A stretch of DNA of 64,000 bases from Macrostomum lignano (taxonomy: Eukaryota), in assembly GCA_002269645.1 (NCBI GenBank), contig NIVC01000029.1, positions 806,001-870,000 of the forward strand, read 5' to 3'. A program made the translations under genes and the position numbers. Under the pieces are notes generated by a model that worked only from the letters and a program-made list of their open reading frames with translations, was not told where the DNA came from and did not search any database. Each line of letters starts with the position of its first letter. Position 1 is the stretch's first letter. This document shows positions 53,501-64,000 of the stretch, one piece after another.

Positions 53501-56332
53501 ATTGCACATACACCTGTGCGCCAGCATGCCTTCGTCATAAGCCAGTGCCGTGCCATTAGGCGATGCAGATGCACCAGTAGCATCGCCCGAGTCTCTACTA
53601 TGAACATCTTGATCCTCGGCGTCAACTGGTTCATCTTCGATAATTTTCTCTTCGCGAATTAACGAACTGGAATCCGAAACGCTTGAAGCTGCGGCACCAG
53701 CACCAGCTACCGCGGCCAGTAATGGCGGGAAGGCTCCGCTAAAAGATTCCGCTACAGTAGATTGGATAGAGGAACCAATATTGCTGCTTGAACACGAAGC
53801 TACTGACCCAGCTGCAGTAGTATTACTATTAGTAGCATCGTCTGCCGATCCTGCACGATGCAGCACTTTATTGCGTAACTGAGCTTTCACGGCTGCAGAC
53901 TTTGCTTTTAATTGCTGCTGCTGCTGAGGATTAGTTGCTGTTGCAGATGGTGGCGGAGGAGGCAGAAGCATCGGTAGAGGGGCGGATCGAGTCCTACTCA
54001 ACTGTTTATCATGAGCTGCCCGACGTCGGGGCAGCGACTCGGCTGGCCGACACAAGCCGGAAGCGGCGGCCGCTACTAAACCGGGAGCTCCGGTCATTGA
54101 ACAGCAGATACCGCCAGACTGTCTGCTGCTTTTAGAGGCAGATGCGGTGACGGATGCGGCAGTGTTGGAGGAACCACTGGCTGACGCTGCTGCTGCAGAT
54201 GCCGCAGCAGCAGCCGCCGCCGCGACGGCAAAATAATGAGCGCCAGATAGATTAGGCAGAGAAGCGTGATGAAAGCTCTGTTGCTGTTGCAACTGTTGCT
54301 GCTGCTGTTGTTGAAGCATCATCTGCTGCTGCTGCTGCTGCTGGTCCAGGCTGCCACCGCCGCTGCTGCTGCCGCCGCTGCTGCCACCTCGTTCGAGAAA
54401 ATATCGAATTCTTCTCTTAGCCGATCGGTCTAACACGCCCGAGCCGCCTCTGTGATGATGATGGTGATGATGATGCTGCGGTGCCGGGTGATGATGCGGA
54501 TGCGGATGCTGCTGACTACGATTGTGATGATGATGATGCAGATGCTGTTGAAGCCGCAATGCGGCTGCTCGAACTTTTAAATTCGGCTCCGAGTTGGTCT
54601 TGCGCAGAGGAAAGTCGTCTTTGGACAGAGGGGAGCCCGATGGCAGAGGGAAAGTGTGCTGCGCCTGCGGGTGGGAGGGGACAATTAAGGTCGAGCGTTT
54701 TTTTACGTTGCTATGAGTGACTAACTGGACCAATTGAAGACACTGATATTTCTAAAGTTCTCTCTTGACCAATCAGAGACTGCTTAAATCGTTTTAACAG
54801 TACTCTCCTGACCAATCACAAACTGCTTAGATCTTTTTACACTTATCTCTCCCGACCAATCAGAGACTGCTTAGATCTTTTAACAGCTCTCTCTCCTGAC
54901 CAATCAGAGCCTGCTTAGATCTTTTAACAGCTGTCTCTCCTGACCAATCAAAGAAAGCTTAGATATTTTTACACTTATCTCTCCTGACCAATCAGAGACT
55001 GCTTCGATCTTTTTACACTTTTCTCTCATGACCAATCAGATACAGCTTATAGATCTTTCTAAAGTTCTCTCCAGACCAATCAGAAACTACTTTGATCTTT
55101 CAACAGCTCTCTTTCCCTCCTGACCAATCAAACACAGTTTAGATCTTTTTACACTTCTCTCTTATGACCAATCAGAGACTGCTTAGATCTTTTTACACTT
55201 CTGTCTCATGACCAATCAGAGACTGCTTATAGATCTTTCTAAAGTTCTCTCGAGACCAATCTGATACTGCTTAGATCTTTTTACAGCTCTCTCTTCTGAC
55301 CAATCAGAGACTGCTTAGATCTTTTTACAGCTCTCTCTCCTGACCAATCAGAGACTGCTTAGATCTTTTAACAGATATCTGTCCTGACCAATCAGAGACT
55401 GCTTAGATCTTTTTACAGATATCTGTCCTGACCAATCAGAGACTGCTTAGATCTTTTTACAGATATCTCTCCTGACCAATCAAAGACTGCTGAGATCTTT
55501 TACAGCTATCTTTCTCCTGACCAATCAAAGAAAGCTTAGATCTTTTTACATTTATCTCTCCTGACCAATCAGAGACTGCTTAGATCTTTTAACAGTTATC
55601 TTTCTCCTGACCAATCAAAGAAAGCTTAGATATTTTTACACTTATCTCTCCTGACCAATCAGAGACTGCTTAGATCTTTCTTAAGTTCTCTTCTGACCAA
55701 TCAGAGAAGACTTAGATCTTTTTACACTTTTCTCTCGTGATCAATCAGAGACTGCTTATAGATCTTTCTAAAGTTCTCTCCTGACCAATCAGAGACTGCT
55801 TAGATATTTTAACAGTTCTCTCCTGACCAATCAGAGACTGCTTGGATCTTCTTACGCTTTTCTCTCCTGACCAATCAGATAACAGAAACGTCAATGAAAC
55901 AACTAGCCAATCAAGTCTTACCTGCCATTGACTTGGCGGCGAACCGGCCGATTCAAAGCTACTCTGAGGCGAAGCCCATTCTGGTGGAGAATTTGACTGT
56001 TCTCTAATTTTCTTTTTACTCAATATGACCTCCTGCAGTTTCTGGCGAACTTGCTGATGCGATATGGCCGCCGCAGACGCAGATGTACCAGAAGTCGACG
56101 CTGTTGTAGACACTGCGGCAGCTGCCGATGAAGCAACAGCAGTTGTAGCCTCATCGAAACTATTCTGCCTAGGAAGCATGGGAGGTCGGACCCTTTCAGC
56201 GGCAAAGTTAATACTAGAAAATGGATTTAAAGCTTGCTGCTGCTGTTGCTGCTGACATAGGACATTGGATTGAATTGGAGCAGCATCAGATTGGCTGGAG
56301 CTTGACCGAGAATCAGGTGGCAAAGTGTTCAT
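47575..56332 (-). CDS. HDAC4-like: Class IIa histone deacetylase, HDAC4/5/7/9-like (~933 aa); spliced
   Basis: complement(join(47575..48069,51090..51356,52446..52755,53406..54724,55922..56332)) with consistent phases. MEF2-binding motif [15 protein letters not shown]; 14-3-3 sites [14 protein letters not shown] and LSRTRSAPL; structural Zn residues HRCMC...HPEN and LPCGG; active site [38 protein letters not shown]; C-terminal NES-like [12 protein letters not shown]. Further upstream exons are possible (acceptor at 56335). Confidence 0.95.
48125..50832. repeat. 35/42-bp composite minisatellite (GTGTTTCAGTAAGCTGAAGCTATCCTACTTCATGT)n with a 940-bp block duplication
   Basis: Direct reading; identical pseudo-ORFs at 49575 and 50515. 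Fills the last HDAC intron. Confidence 0.97.
51405..52350. repeat. 19-bp minisatellite (GGGTCGGGTTGTGTTTACT)n
   Basis: Direct reading; HDAC intron. Confidence 0.95.
52900..53405. repeat. Degenerate AT-rich repeat with core ACTAAAAGTACAAA
   Basis: The core recurs about 9 times at irregular spacing; the last copy overlaps the donor at 53405. Confidence 0.7.
54765..55880. repeat. ~41-bp minisatellite carrying GACCAATCAG (CCAAT box) in almost every unit
   Basis: Monomer approximately TCCTGACCAATCAGAGACTGCTTAGATCTTTTTACAGCTCTC, ~25 units. Confidence 0.93.
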
Positions 56333-57708
56333 TCCTGCAGTGAAAATTACTAACAAGATTCGATTAAAACATACCCAAAGTTATATGCAATAGTCAATAG
56401 ATTTAAATAAACATTACAAAATAGCTGTGATGTTTTCAAATATATGTATTGAATTAATTTAAGGATGCTAATATGATTACTAACCATTAAAGTTTTTAAG
56501 CTTGAAACTAAAATGCCAAACGCAACTGCAATTTAGATGCTTATTAAAAAATTAGAATAGATCATTATAATGACAATGCCTAATCAAGACCTTTTAGCTA
56601 GCAATATGCCTAAAAAACTGAAACTGATATTATAATCAACTAGCTCTAGTTTACATAAAATTTAAAACATAACCAATAGGAACTATTATATTTTATTAGG
56701 ATATTTCTAGGCAAATTATAAAACTTATTTAATAACTAAGACTTTATAAACCTAGCCATTTAATTTATAAAAAGTAAATAACATATAGATATAACATATA
56801 GTATAAGTCTTAAGTCTAAAAAATCTCAAAAATTATTATTTTTTATATTAGAGGTTATTATCCAACCCCCAATATGCTTGTAGCATACTGCTAATAAGTG
56901 ATAATTTAAACATTCACTATCATTTTGTATTTCTTCACTATATAATAACAAATTATAAACAAACTACTGCCATTGGATTTAATATCATTAAAAGTTAAAG
57001 GTTCTTTATAAGAAATCAATTGTTAGGATATAGAATATAGAAAATTAGATATGACAAAAGATATAGATTTGGAAAGATTTTTGTTAGTATTGGTTTGGTT
57101 TGGTTATATTATTAAAAAAACTATAACACATATTTATACAGAAAAAATTAGTACAAGAAAGCTTTTTACTTATATTGAATTTTAATATATATATTATAAA
57201 TAAAGTAATATCTACAAATGATTTAATTTAATATACAACATAAAAAAATACTTTTTAATATAAAATAGGCCTAATAATATATTTTTAGGCTATTTTATAT
57301 TTTTATGTCAATTTGTTATATAAATAAAAACAATATGGATGAACCAAACTTATTTAACTTAAATAACCTATTTAATTTCTAATATAATTTTTTTTATTGC
57401 TGCAAGTTAGGTATATTTTAAGGAAAAAAGGCTTTTATAGGCATATAATAATATTAATTTATAAATACTTAAAGGATAATCATTTTCTTATTATTGCTTT
57501 AGTATTAAAAACCAAAAACAATTTACAACACTCCAAATAATATTGGACAATTTATAAATAGGCCTAAATCATAACTGGTAGTAGTACTTATAGGTCTAGT
57601 AATATAATGCCAATGACAATGGTTAGTATATATATAACTTATAAGTGACATTAATACATATAGATATGCATATTTGCTAAAAATGCATTAGACCCTAGGC
57701 CTCTATGA

Positions 57709-60353
57709 TGCTATCAGTTAAGGTGGCCCTGACAAAGGCCATTTTAGCAAAAGCAGCGCCATTTTATAATAAGTCTGCACTCTTTTTCTTTCCTTGCCTC
57801 TACCAAGTTCAAGCCATGCCACTGCTAAGTTCCTTGCCAAAGAGAGTGCTGTCTCTATAGGCCTACCATTGCCATCATACCATTACCACTTCATCGCCAT
57901 AGCCTATTAGCTATTTATCACCATTATTGTTGCTTGCTGCAGTGTCCAAAATACCATAGTTCTGGATTTAGCATCAAATCAGGCCCAGTTCTACTCTTTT
58001 ATTGCCAACTAGAATCTATAGCAAGCGAGCTTATAACCAAATAAATAATCGCTAAGTCTGAGTGCTACTGCAACAGCTACACCAATTGCCTCAATTGTTA
58101 TTGTCTTTGTCATTTAATCTGAAGACTATTGTCATAATCATCACACTAGTATGCCAAAATAGATAGAAAACCTATTTTAGCATGCTAAGTATAAAGAACA
58201 CCTGCCTATATGCCATAGTTGGGATTATATATTAGTGTATGCTGGGTTTAATGCCAGAAAAGACCTTATTTGTATGCCGGGTTTTTGAGCCAATATAAAA
58301 AAATTGTCATTGACACAATGTTTCCACTATGTTATGTACACTAGGATATAAGCTGATATATGCCAAAAAATGGCAAGTAGGCCTACCTTGTTGTATGCCG
58401 GGAAATCCCAATGTAGGCCTACATGTTGCTTTCTAAACTATGGCCTATATGGCCAATATAGGATATAGGCTAGGCCTACATATGCTTTGTTGCAATCTAT
58501 TAGTTGCATTAGGACTATCTTATTCAAGTTTTTGATATTGCATTCATTAGCCCATACTTTTAAAAATCTGTGGTATATAGGACCAATACTTAGTTATCTG
58601 TTAGGCCTATCTCACTTATATCAGTAATAACTCAGAACTCAGAACCTAATTAATAGGACATAGCCAGTAGAGCTGTCAAAATTAGAGATTTTATTTGAGA
58701 CAAGATTTGAGACGAGAAAGGCTTATAAGTCGAGAATTTCGAGATGAGACAAGACAAAGTAAATCTAAAAAATAAATTTCAGAATTGCATCTTGTCTTGC
58801 TCTTATCTTGCCTTATCTTGTCTTAAATTTCTTGATAAGATACAATTCTAAAATATATTTTTTTAGATTTTCCAGAATACTTTCTTAATTCTAGTTTAAA
58901 TTCTTTGCTATTTATTCATAAGAATTTATGCTTGTAGCATATAGGCCCTTGGCCCTACTATGTCTATTACTAATTCGTCAAAAGACCTGTGTAGATTGTC
59001 TTCAAGTCTGTTATGATACACCTTGCTTCAAGTCTGCTATCAGTTAAGGTGGCCCTGACAAAGGCCATTTTAGCAAAAGCAGCGCCATTTTATAATAAGT
59101 CTGCACTCTTTTTCTTTCCTTGCCTCTACCAAGTTCAAGCCATGCCACTGCTAAGTTCCTTGCCAAAGAGAGTGCTGTCTCTATAGGCCTACCATTGCCA
59201 TCATACCATTACCACTTCATCGCCATAGCCTATTAGCTATTTATCACCATTATTGTTGCTTGCTGCAGTGTCCAAAATACCATAGTTCTGGATTTAGCAT
59301 CAAATCAGGCCCAGTTCTACTCTTTTATTGCCAACTAGAATCTATAGCAAGCGAGCTTATAACCAAATAAATAATCGCTAAGTCTGAGTGCTACTGCAAC
59401 AGCTACACCAATTGCCTCAATTGTTATTGTCTTTGTCATTTAATCTGAAGACTATTGTCATAATCATCACACTAGTATGCCAAAATAGATAGAAAACCTA
59501 TTTTAGCATGCTAAGTATAAAGAACACCTGCCTATATGCCATAGTTGGGATTATATATTAGTGTATGCTGGGTTTAATGCCAGAAAAGACCTTATTTGTA
59601 TGCCGGGTTTTTGAGCCAATATAAAAAAATTGTCATTGACACAATGTTTCCACTATGTTATGTACACTAGGATATAAGCTGATATATGCCAAAAAATGGC
59701 AAGTAGGCCTACCTTGTTGTATGCCGGGAAATCCCAATGTAGGCCTACATGTTGCTTTCTAAACTATGGCCTATATGGCCAATATAGGATATAGGCTAGG
59801 CCTACATATGCTTTGTTGCAATCTATTAGTTGCATTAGGACTATCTTATTCAAGTTTTTGATATTGCATTCATTAGCCCATACTTTTAAAAATCTGTGGT
59901 ATATAGGACCAATACTTAGTTATCTGTTAGGCCTATCTCACTTATATCAGTAATAACTCAGAACTCAGAACCTAATTAATAGGACATAGCCAGTAGAGCT
60001 GTCAAAATTAGAGATTTTATTTGAGACAAGATTTGAGACGAGAAAGGCTTATAAGTCGAGAATTTCGAGATGAGACAAGACAAAGTAAATCTAAAAAATA
60101 AATTTCAGAATTGCATCTTGTCTTGCTCTTATCTTGCCTTATCTTGTCTTAAATTTCTTGATAAGATACAATTCTAAAATATATTTTTTTAGATTTTCCA
60201 GAATACTTTCTTAATTCTAGTTTAAATTCTTTGCTATTTATTCATAAGAATTTATGCTTGTAGCATATAGGCCCTTGGCCCTACTATGTCTATTACTAAT
60301 TCGTCAAAAGACCTGTGTAGATTGTCTTCAAGTCTGTTATGATACACCTTGCT
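57709..60353. repeat. 1319-bp tandem segmental duplication (57709-59027 and 59035-60353; period 1326 bp)
   Basis: Landmarks (GCTATCAGTTAAGG, GAGCTGTCAAA, GATACACCTTGCT) all recur exactly 1326 nt apart, and the copies look identical by eye. Confidence 0.95.
58668..59027 (+). mobile_element. Left 360 bp of the non-autonomous hAT element, truncated by the duplication junction
   Basis: ATAGCCAG followed by TAGAGCTGTCA, as in the full copy. Confidence 0.8.
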
Positions 60354-60684
60354 GCAGAACTAAAATGATAACTAAAAGAGCGCATATGCAATGCAAACTC
60401 ATATATAATGACATTCGTTAAATAACTGCTCGACATTGGCTAGATTTTACCATTTGAAAATTGCCCTATCATGTGTGTTACAACAAACAGTTTTATTTAT
60501 ATGAAAATTTGCTCCCTTTTTTATATCTTATCACTTAAAAGCTTTTGAAAAAAGGTATTAGAAAAATTCTAATTCTTGAATCTCGTCTCGAATTTCTGGA
60601 TGAAATTCGAGATTTCTCGAGACGAGAAAAAATGTCGAGATCTTGTCTCGAATCTTGTCTCGTTGAGATCTCGTGACAGCTCTA
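59994..60684 (+). mobile_element. 691-bp non-autonomous hAT-superfamily DNA transposon
   Basis: TIRs TAGAGCTGTCA / TGACAGCTCTA with subterminal GAGACAAGA/GAGACGAG repeats. Perfect 8-bp TSD ATAGCCAG at 59986-59993 and 60685-60692. An 8-bp TSD and TAG terminus are hAT hallmarks. No transposase ORF. Confidence 0.88.
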
Positions 60685-61071
60685 ATAGCCAGTCAACTCA
60701 CTCACTAGTATAAGTTGCACTTTAAAACAAGTCTGGTATTATTGCCAATTTTGAAGTAGGCCCTACTGAAATACTAAAGTTGGGAATCTAATTTCTAAGC
60801 ATATTGGCCTATATAGAAAAAAACAAATAGCAAAATGCTATACTAACTTTAGGCCCCTACTCTAGATTTTAGTCTTACTAGTAAGAGTCTTACTTAGTCA
60901 TAGGAGGGAAATATCGAGAAATTAGGAAGAGAAAGAGAAATTATGTTTGAGACAATACAGTAATAGGTCTAATTATTCATAAACCCATGTTAGACTCAAC
61001 AGCACTTGAGTCTAATAAAATAAACATAATAAACATAAGTATAAAATAATACTTGATTCATCTCTAATAAA

Positions 61072-61862
61072 ATGACGAACAAACCGAGTTTTGCTTCTGA
61101 TAAGGATCTTTTAAAAACTTGCCCGACCATGGTCTTGCCTTTCTATGGCAACTGCTCTAACCTATTGAAGAAGAAAATTGAGAAAAGCTTCCGTAAATTC
61201 TTTAACACACCTATTAAGATTGTTTTCCGCACTGCTAAGGTCAGCCAATACATTAGTAGACTGAAATCCCATGTTCCTCTTGCTCTGCTGGCAGGTGTTG
61301 TGTATAAGTTCTCTTGTTCTGTTGACCAGAACATTACCTATATAGGTAAAACTAAAAGGCACCTGTACACCACAGTCAGAGAGCATTGGTTAAAAAGGTC
61401 GGCTATCCAAGACCACCTGCTCTGTTGCAACAGTTGTTGCGAAATTAAGCAAACTTAGCAGTTTAAAATTATTAATCGGTGTAGAACTGATTTTAGGCTC
61501 AACATACTTGAATCCATGTACATTAAAGACCAAAAACCTAATCTGAATATTCAGCTCTCCCATAGTGGTGCGGGCCATTTGCTCAAGGTATTCTAAGTAA
61601 AGGCACTAGTCTGAACAATGTACTTGCAATCTATGCTTAACATTTTTTGGAAAATTCTGCCTATGACATGCCCTTTGGACTGTACAGTTAACATTTGTTC
61701 ACTTATAAAGTTGTTGTGTGAGTTAAAAATACACCAGACCCTGAAGATGGTCATTGTTGGACCGAAACGCGTCGGAAAAAAGAATTTATTATAATCTATG
61801 TTGATTTTAACTTTTGTATTTCTCTGCCTGCTAAAGCGTGCTACCTTACCTCAACAGCACTT
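61072..61862 (+). mobile_element. 5'-truncated Penelope-like retroelement (RT C-terminus, GIY-YIG endonuclease, 3' region); pseudogenised
   Basis: MVLPFYG...IVFRT...GVVYKFSC...TYIGKTKRHL...VREH...SAIQDHL, then after an in-frame TAG (61456-61458) FKII...LNILESMYIKDQKPNLN, ending TAA at ~61596. This is the PLE GIY-YIG signature. Confidence 0.88.
61739..61775 (+). ncRNA. Minimal type I hammerhead ribozyme motif in the Penelope 3' region
   Basis: CC-CTGAAGA-T-GGTC[ATTGTTG]GACC-GAA-ACGCGT-C-GG: core C3-A9, 4-bp stem II, GAAA, palindromic stem III ACGCGT, GUC cleavage triplet, 2-bp stem I. Confidence 0.75.
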
Positions 61863-62599
61863 CTCCGTCACGCCTCGTTCTCTCTATACAGAAATACAGT
61901 CCTGGACAAGGACAAGGGACAACCAAGTAGGCATCAGTAAACCACCATTAAAAATAAAAAAATAAAAAAATTGTATTCGATTTTTGTCCTACTTTCGCAG
62001 CCCCTTTGTGGCAAAAGTAACGTCTAATTTTATAAGTGTAAATAAAATACTGTAAATAGCATTATCAAGAAGCTTTAAAATATTTAAAAGCCACTAGTTA
62101 AAAATAACCTTGTTATATTTTGATATTCTGCGATAAAAGTAACAAAATTTAAACGTACCGTTTTATTGCAGCGTTAATCATGCAATTGAACGTAAAAATG
62201 GTTTATAGCAATAAAGGACATATCAAAAGTTCGAAACTTAAAATTGACTATTGTTAAAGAAAGCTTCTGGCATGACAATTCTATTTTTTGACGTTATGAA
62301 ATTTTAAGAGCTGGTACAATTACGTATAGTTTCAAGCTTGTGTGATGCAAATGTAATATTTTATTGTTAATTCGTTACCCATAGCTACTCCAATTAAAAA
62401 TCAGCACTTCTGAGAGCTCAGTAGTAAGTGCCTACGCGAGATCCCCTTATTGTTTAATTGTACAGCGAAGTACATAAGTATACATGTACTCTGAAAAAGA
62501 TTACCGACGAGTCAATAGTATATATGATATATAGTATGTACGTGGTTTAATTGGGTCGAGGGTTAGTCGAATTTAAACTTTAACGGAAACATTACGTTT

Positions 62600-64000
62600 G
62601 CACACAGTTTAGGCCTGGTGTATGCATGCATACGGCTGTTCTGCGCGTATGCACCCACCGCTGCTGATCACCCGGAGGAGGCTCGTGGCTTCTTCAACTT
62701 CCTGGCTGGGCAGCGGGAAGAGGTGCCAAACCGCGACACGCTGGCGGTGCTCGGAGACCTGAACACAGTTCCGCAGAGGTCCGAGCGCTCGCCCTTTTCG
62801 CGGGACGCGAGAACGCCAACACCGATGCACTAGCTGGAGGACCTGACCGGCTGGACTGGTGTCCGCAAGCCCCTGCCCGCCTGGTTACCTTTGCGGACTG
62901 CAAGAGAAGGCATCGGAACGCACACGGGCGGAACGCCACGAGGAGACTGGCGCAACTCGATCATGCGCTGGTTCGCACTCGCGAGCGCCGCTGCGTCACC
63001 AACTGCGACACCATGGCTCCACTCTCCGGTCAGACCACCGACTCCTGCTCTGCGACTTGCGGCTCCACGACCATCTCTACCGAACGCCAAAGCAGCGGAA
63101 ACAGCGTTACTATCGCGCTCTGTTGGGCAACCGCGTGAAGCGTCATTTCGCGGGCGCCTTCGTCGCCGCGCTTGGAGACCAGTGCGAGGCGGAGTATTCC
63201 GAAATCAGCACCGCTGTTAGAGCCGCTGCGGAGCAGACGGTCCAGCCGATCCAGCCAGCGCAGAAATCGCTGCCTGTCTGGCAGAGCGACCCGAACATCA
63301 GGCAAGCGCGGCTCAACATTGAGCGACTCCGCAGAAACCAGCAGCCCGCGGACGACGCAGAAGACGCGTTTGAGCGCCTTCTAGACAAGCGGCAGCAGGC
63401 CGCTTTCGACGACGCCGTCAGGTCCACCACTGCAGCTGGCCCCGACGGTAAAGAGCCGCCGGTAAAGTCCAGACTCTGACGGGGCGTAAAAAGCGCGTGG
63501 CGCTGAATCTGGCCGGCGACACCCCGGAGGAGCGCAGGAATGAATCGCGCGACTTCTTCGCCGGCGTAGTGAACGCGCCCGCGTTGCCGCTGCCTGTCAG
63601 TTTTGCGCTCCCACTGAACACGCCGCTCCCAGCTGAGGGAGGACATCTGCACCAGACCAGTCACCATGAAGGACGTTGTGCTGTTCGCTCGGAAAACATC
63701 AGGCGACAAGGCGCTCGGCCTCGACGAGGTCCCGGTCGAAGCGCTGCGGCTCCGCTGTGTGGCCTCCCAGGTCACAGTCGTCATGAACCGCGTGCTCGCC
63801 GGCGCTCCTGCGCCCACCGAGTGGACCGTCGTGCACATTGTGCCGATCCCGAAGAAGGCAGGGACAATGTGGAAAGAAGACCACCGCGGGATCTCGCTAA
63901 TGTCCTGCACCGCGAAACTCTTCAATCGGCTGCTGCTCGATCGTCTGCATTCGGTGCTGGACCTGCCTGTCTGACCTGTTCGACACTTCATCACGAGTTT
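62600..64000 (+). mobile_element. Decayed non-LTR retrotransposon (RTE-like; APE endonuclease plus start of RT), 5'-truncated, runs off the window
   Basis: APE motifs CAYAPT...VLGDLN (62618-62833), AQLDHALV (62950-62973) and SDHRLL occur in different frames. RT N-terminal motifs KALGLDEVPVEAL...IVPIPKK...HRGISLMSCTAKLFNRLLLDRL (63666-63974). Multiple frameshifts and stops. Confidence 0.87.

Noticed and set aside
35174-56255. Short antisense or alternative-frame ORFs over TBC and HDAC exons (e.g. 35707, 38100, 38212, 40707, 47578, 53935, 54481, 56064) and over nephrin-like exons
   Set aside because: They are shadows of GC-rich coding exons with no independent motifs.
62859-63479. 206-aa ORF as an independent gene
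   Set aside because: It is the endonuclease-RT linker of the decayed LINE (it contains the APE SDHR motif) and is flanked by frameshifts.

Overview
Eukaryotic, intron-rich metazoan genomic DNA, not prokaryotic. The repeat style and gene content suggest a flatworm such as Macrostomum, which is an inference only. I reconstructed four spliced genes by hand using GT-AG junctions and exon-phase consistency: (1) a nephrin/Sns/Hibris-like Ig-FN3-TM adhesion gene on + (10 exons, 11009-25781, 5' end not found); (2) an unrecognised ~810-aa multi-pass membrane protein on + (28968-32686); (3) a TBC1D12/14-like Rab-GAP on - (35049-41102); (4) a class IIa HDAC4/5/7/9-like gene on - (47575-56332). By hand tally about 25 kb (~40%) of the window is tandem repeat, and nearly every large intron holds its own micro- or minisatellite. 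Mobile DNA comprises four copies of a tRNA-derived CORE-like SINE, a ~625-bp fold-back MITE-like element, a 691-bp non-autonomous hAT with an 8-bp TSD overlapping a 1.3-kb tandem duplication, a Penelope-like GIY-YIG fragment with a minimal hammerhead ribozyme, and a decayed RTE-like LINE at the right edge. The most unusual signal is a repeated link between satellite arrays and 5' splice sites. One 1.9-kb array is bracketed by a 25-bp duplication of the donor itself, the same 16-mer array follows a donor in two unrelated genes, and several arrays begin within or right after a donor. An in-frame TBC exon is also enclosed by inverted satellite arms.
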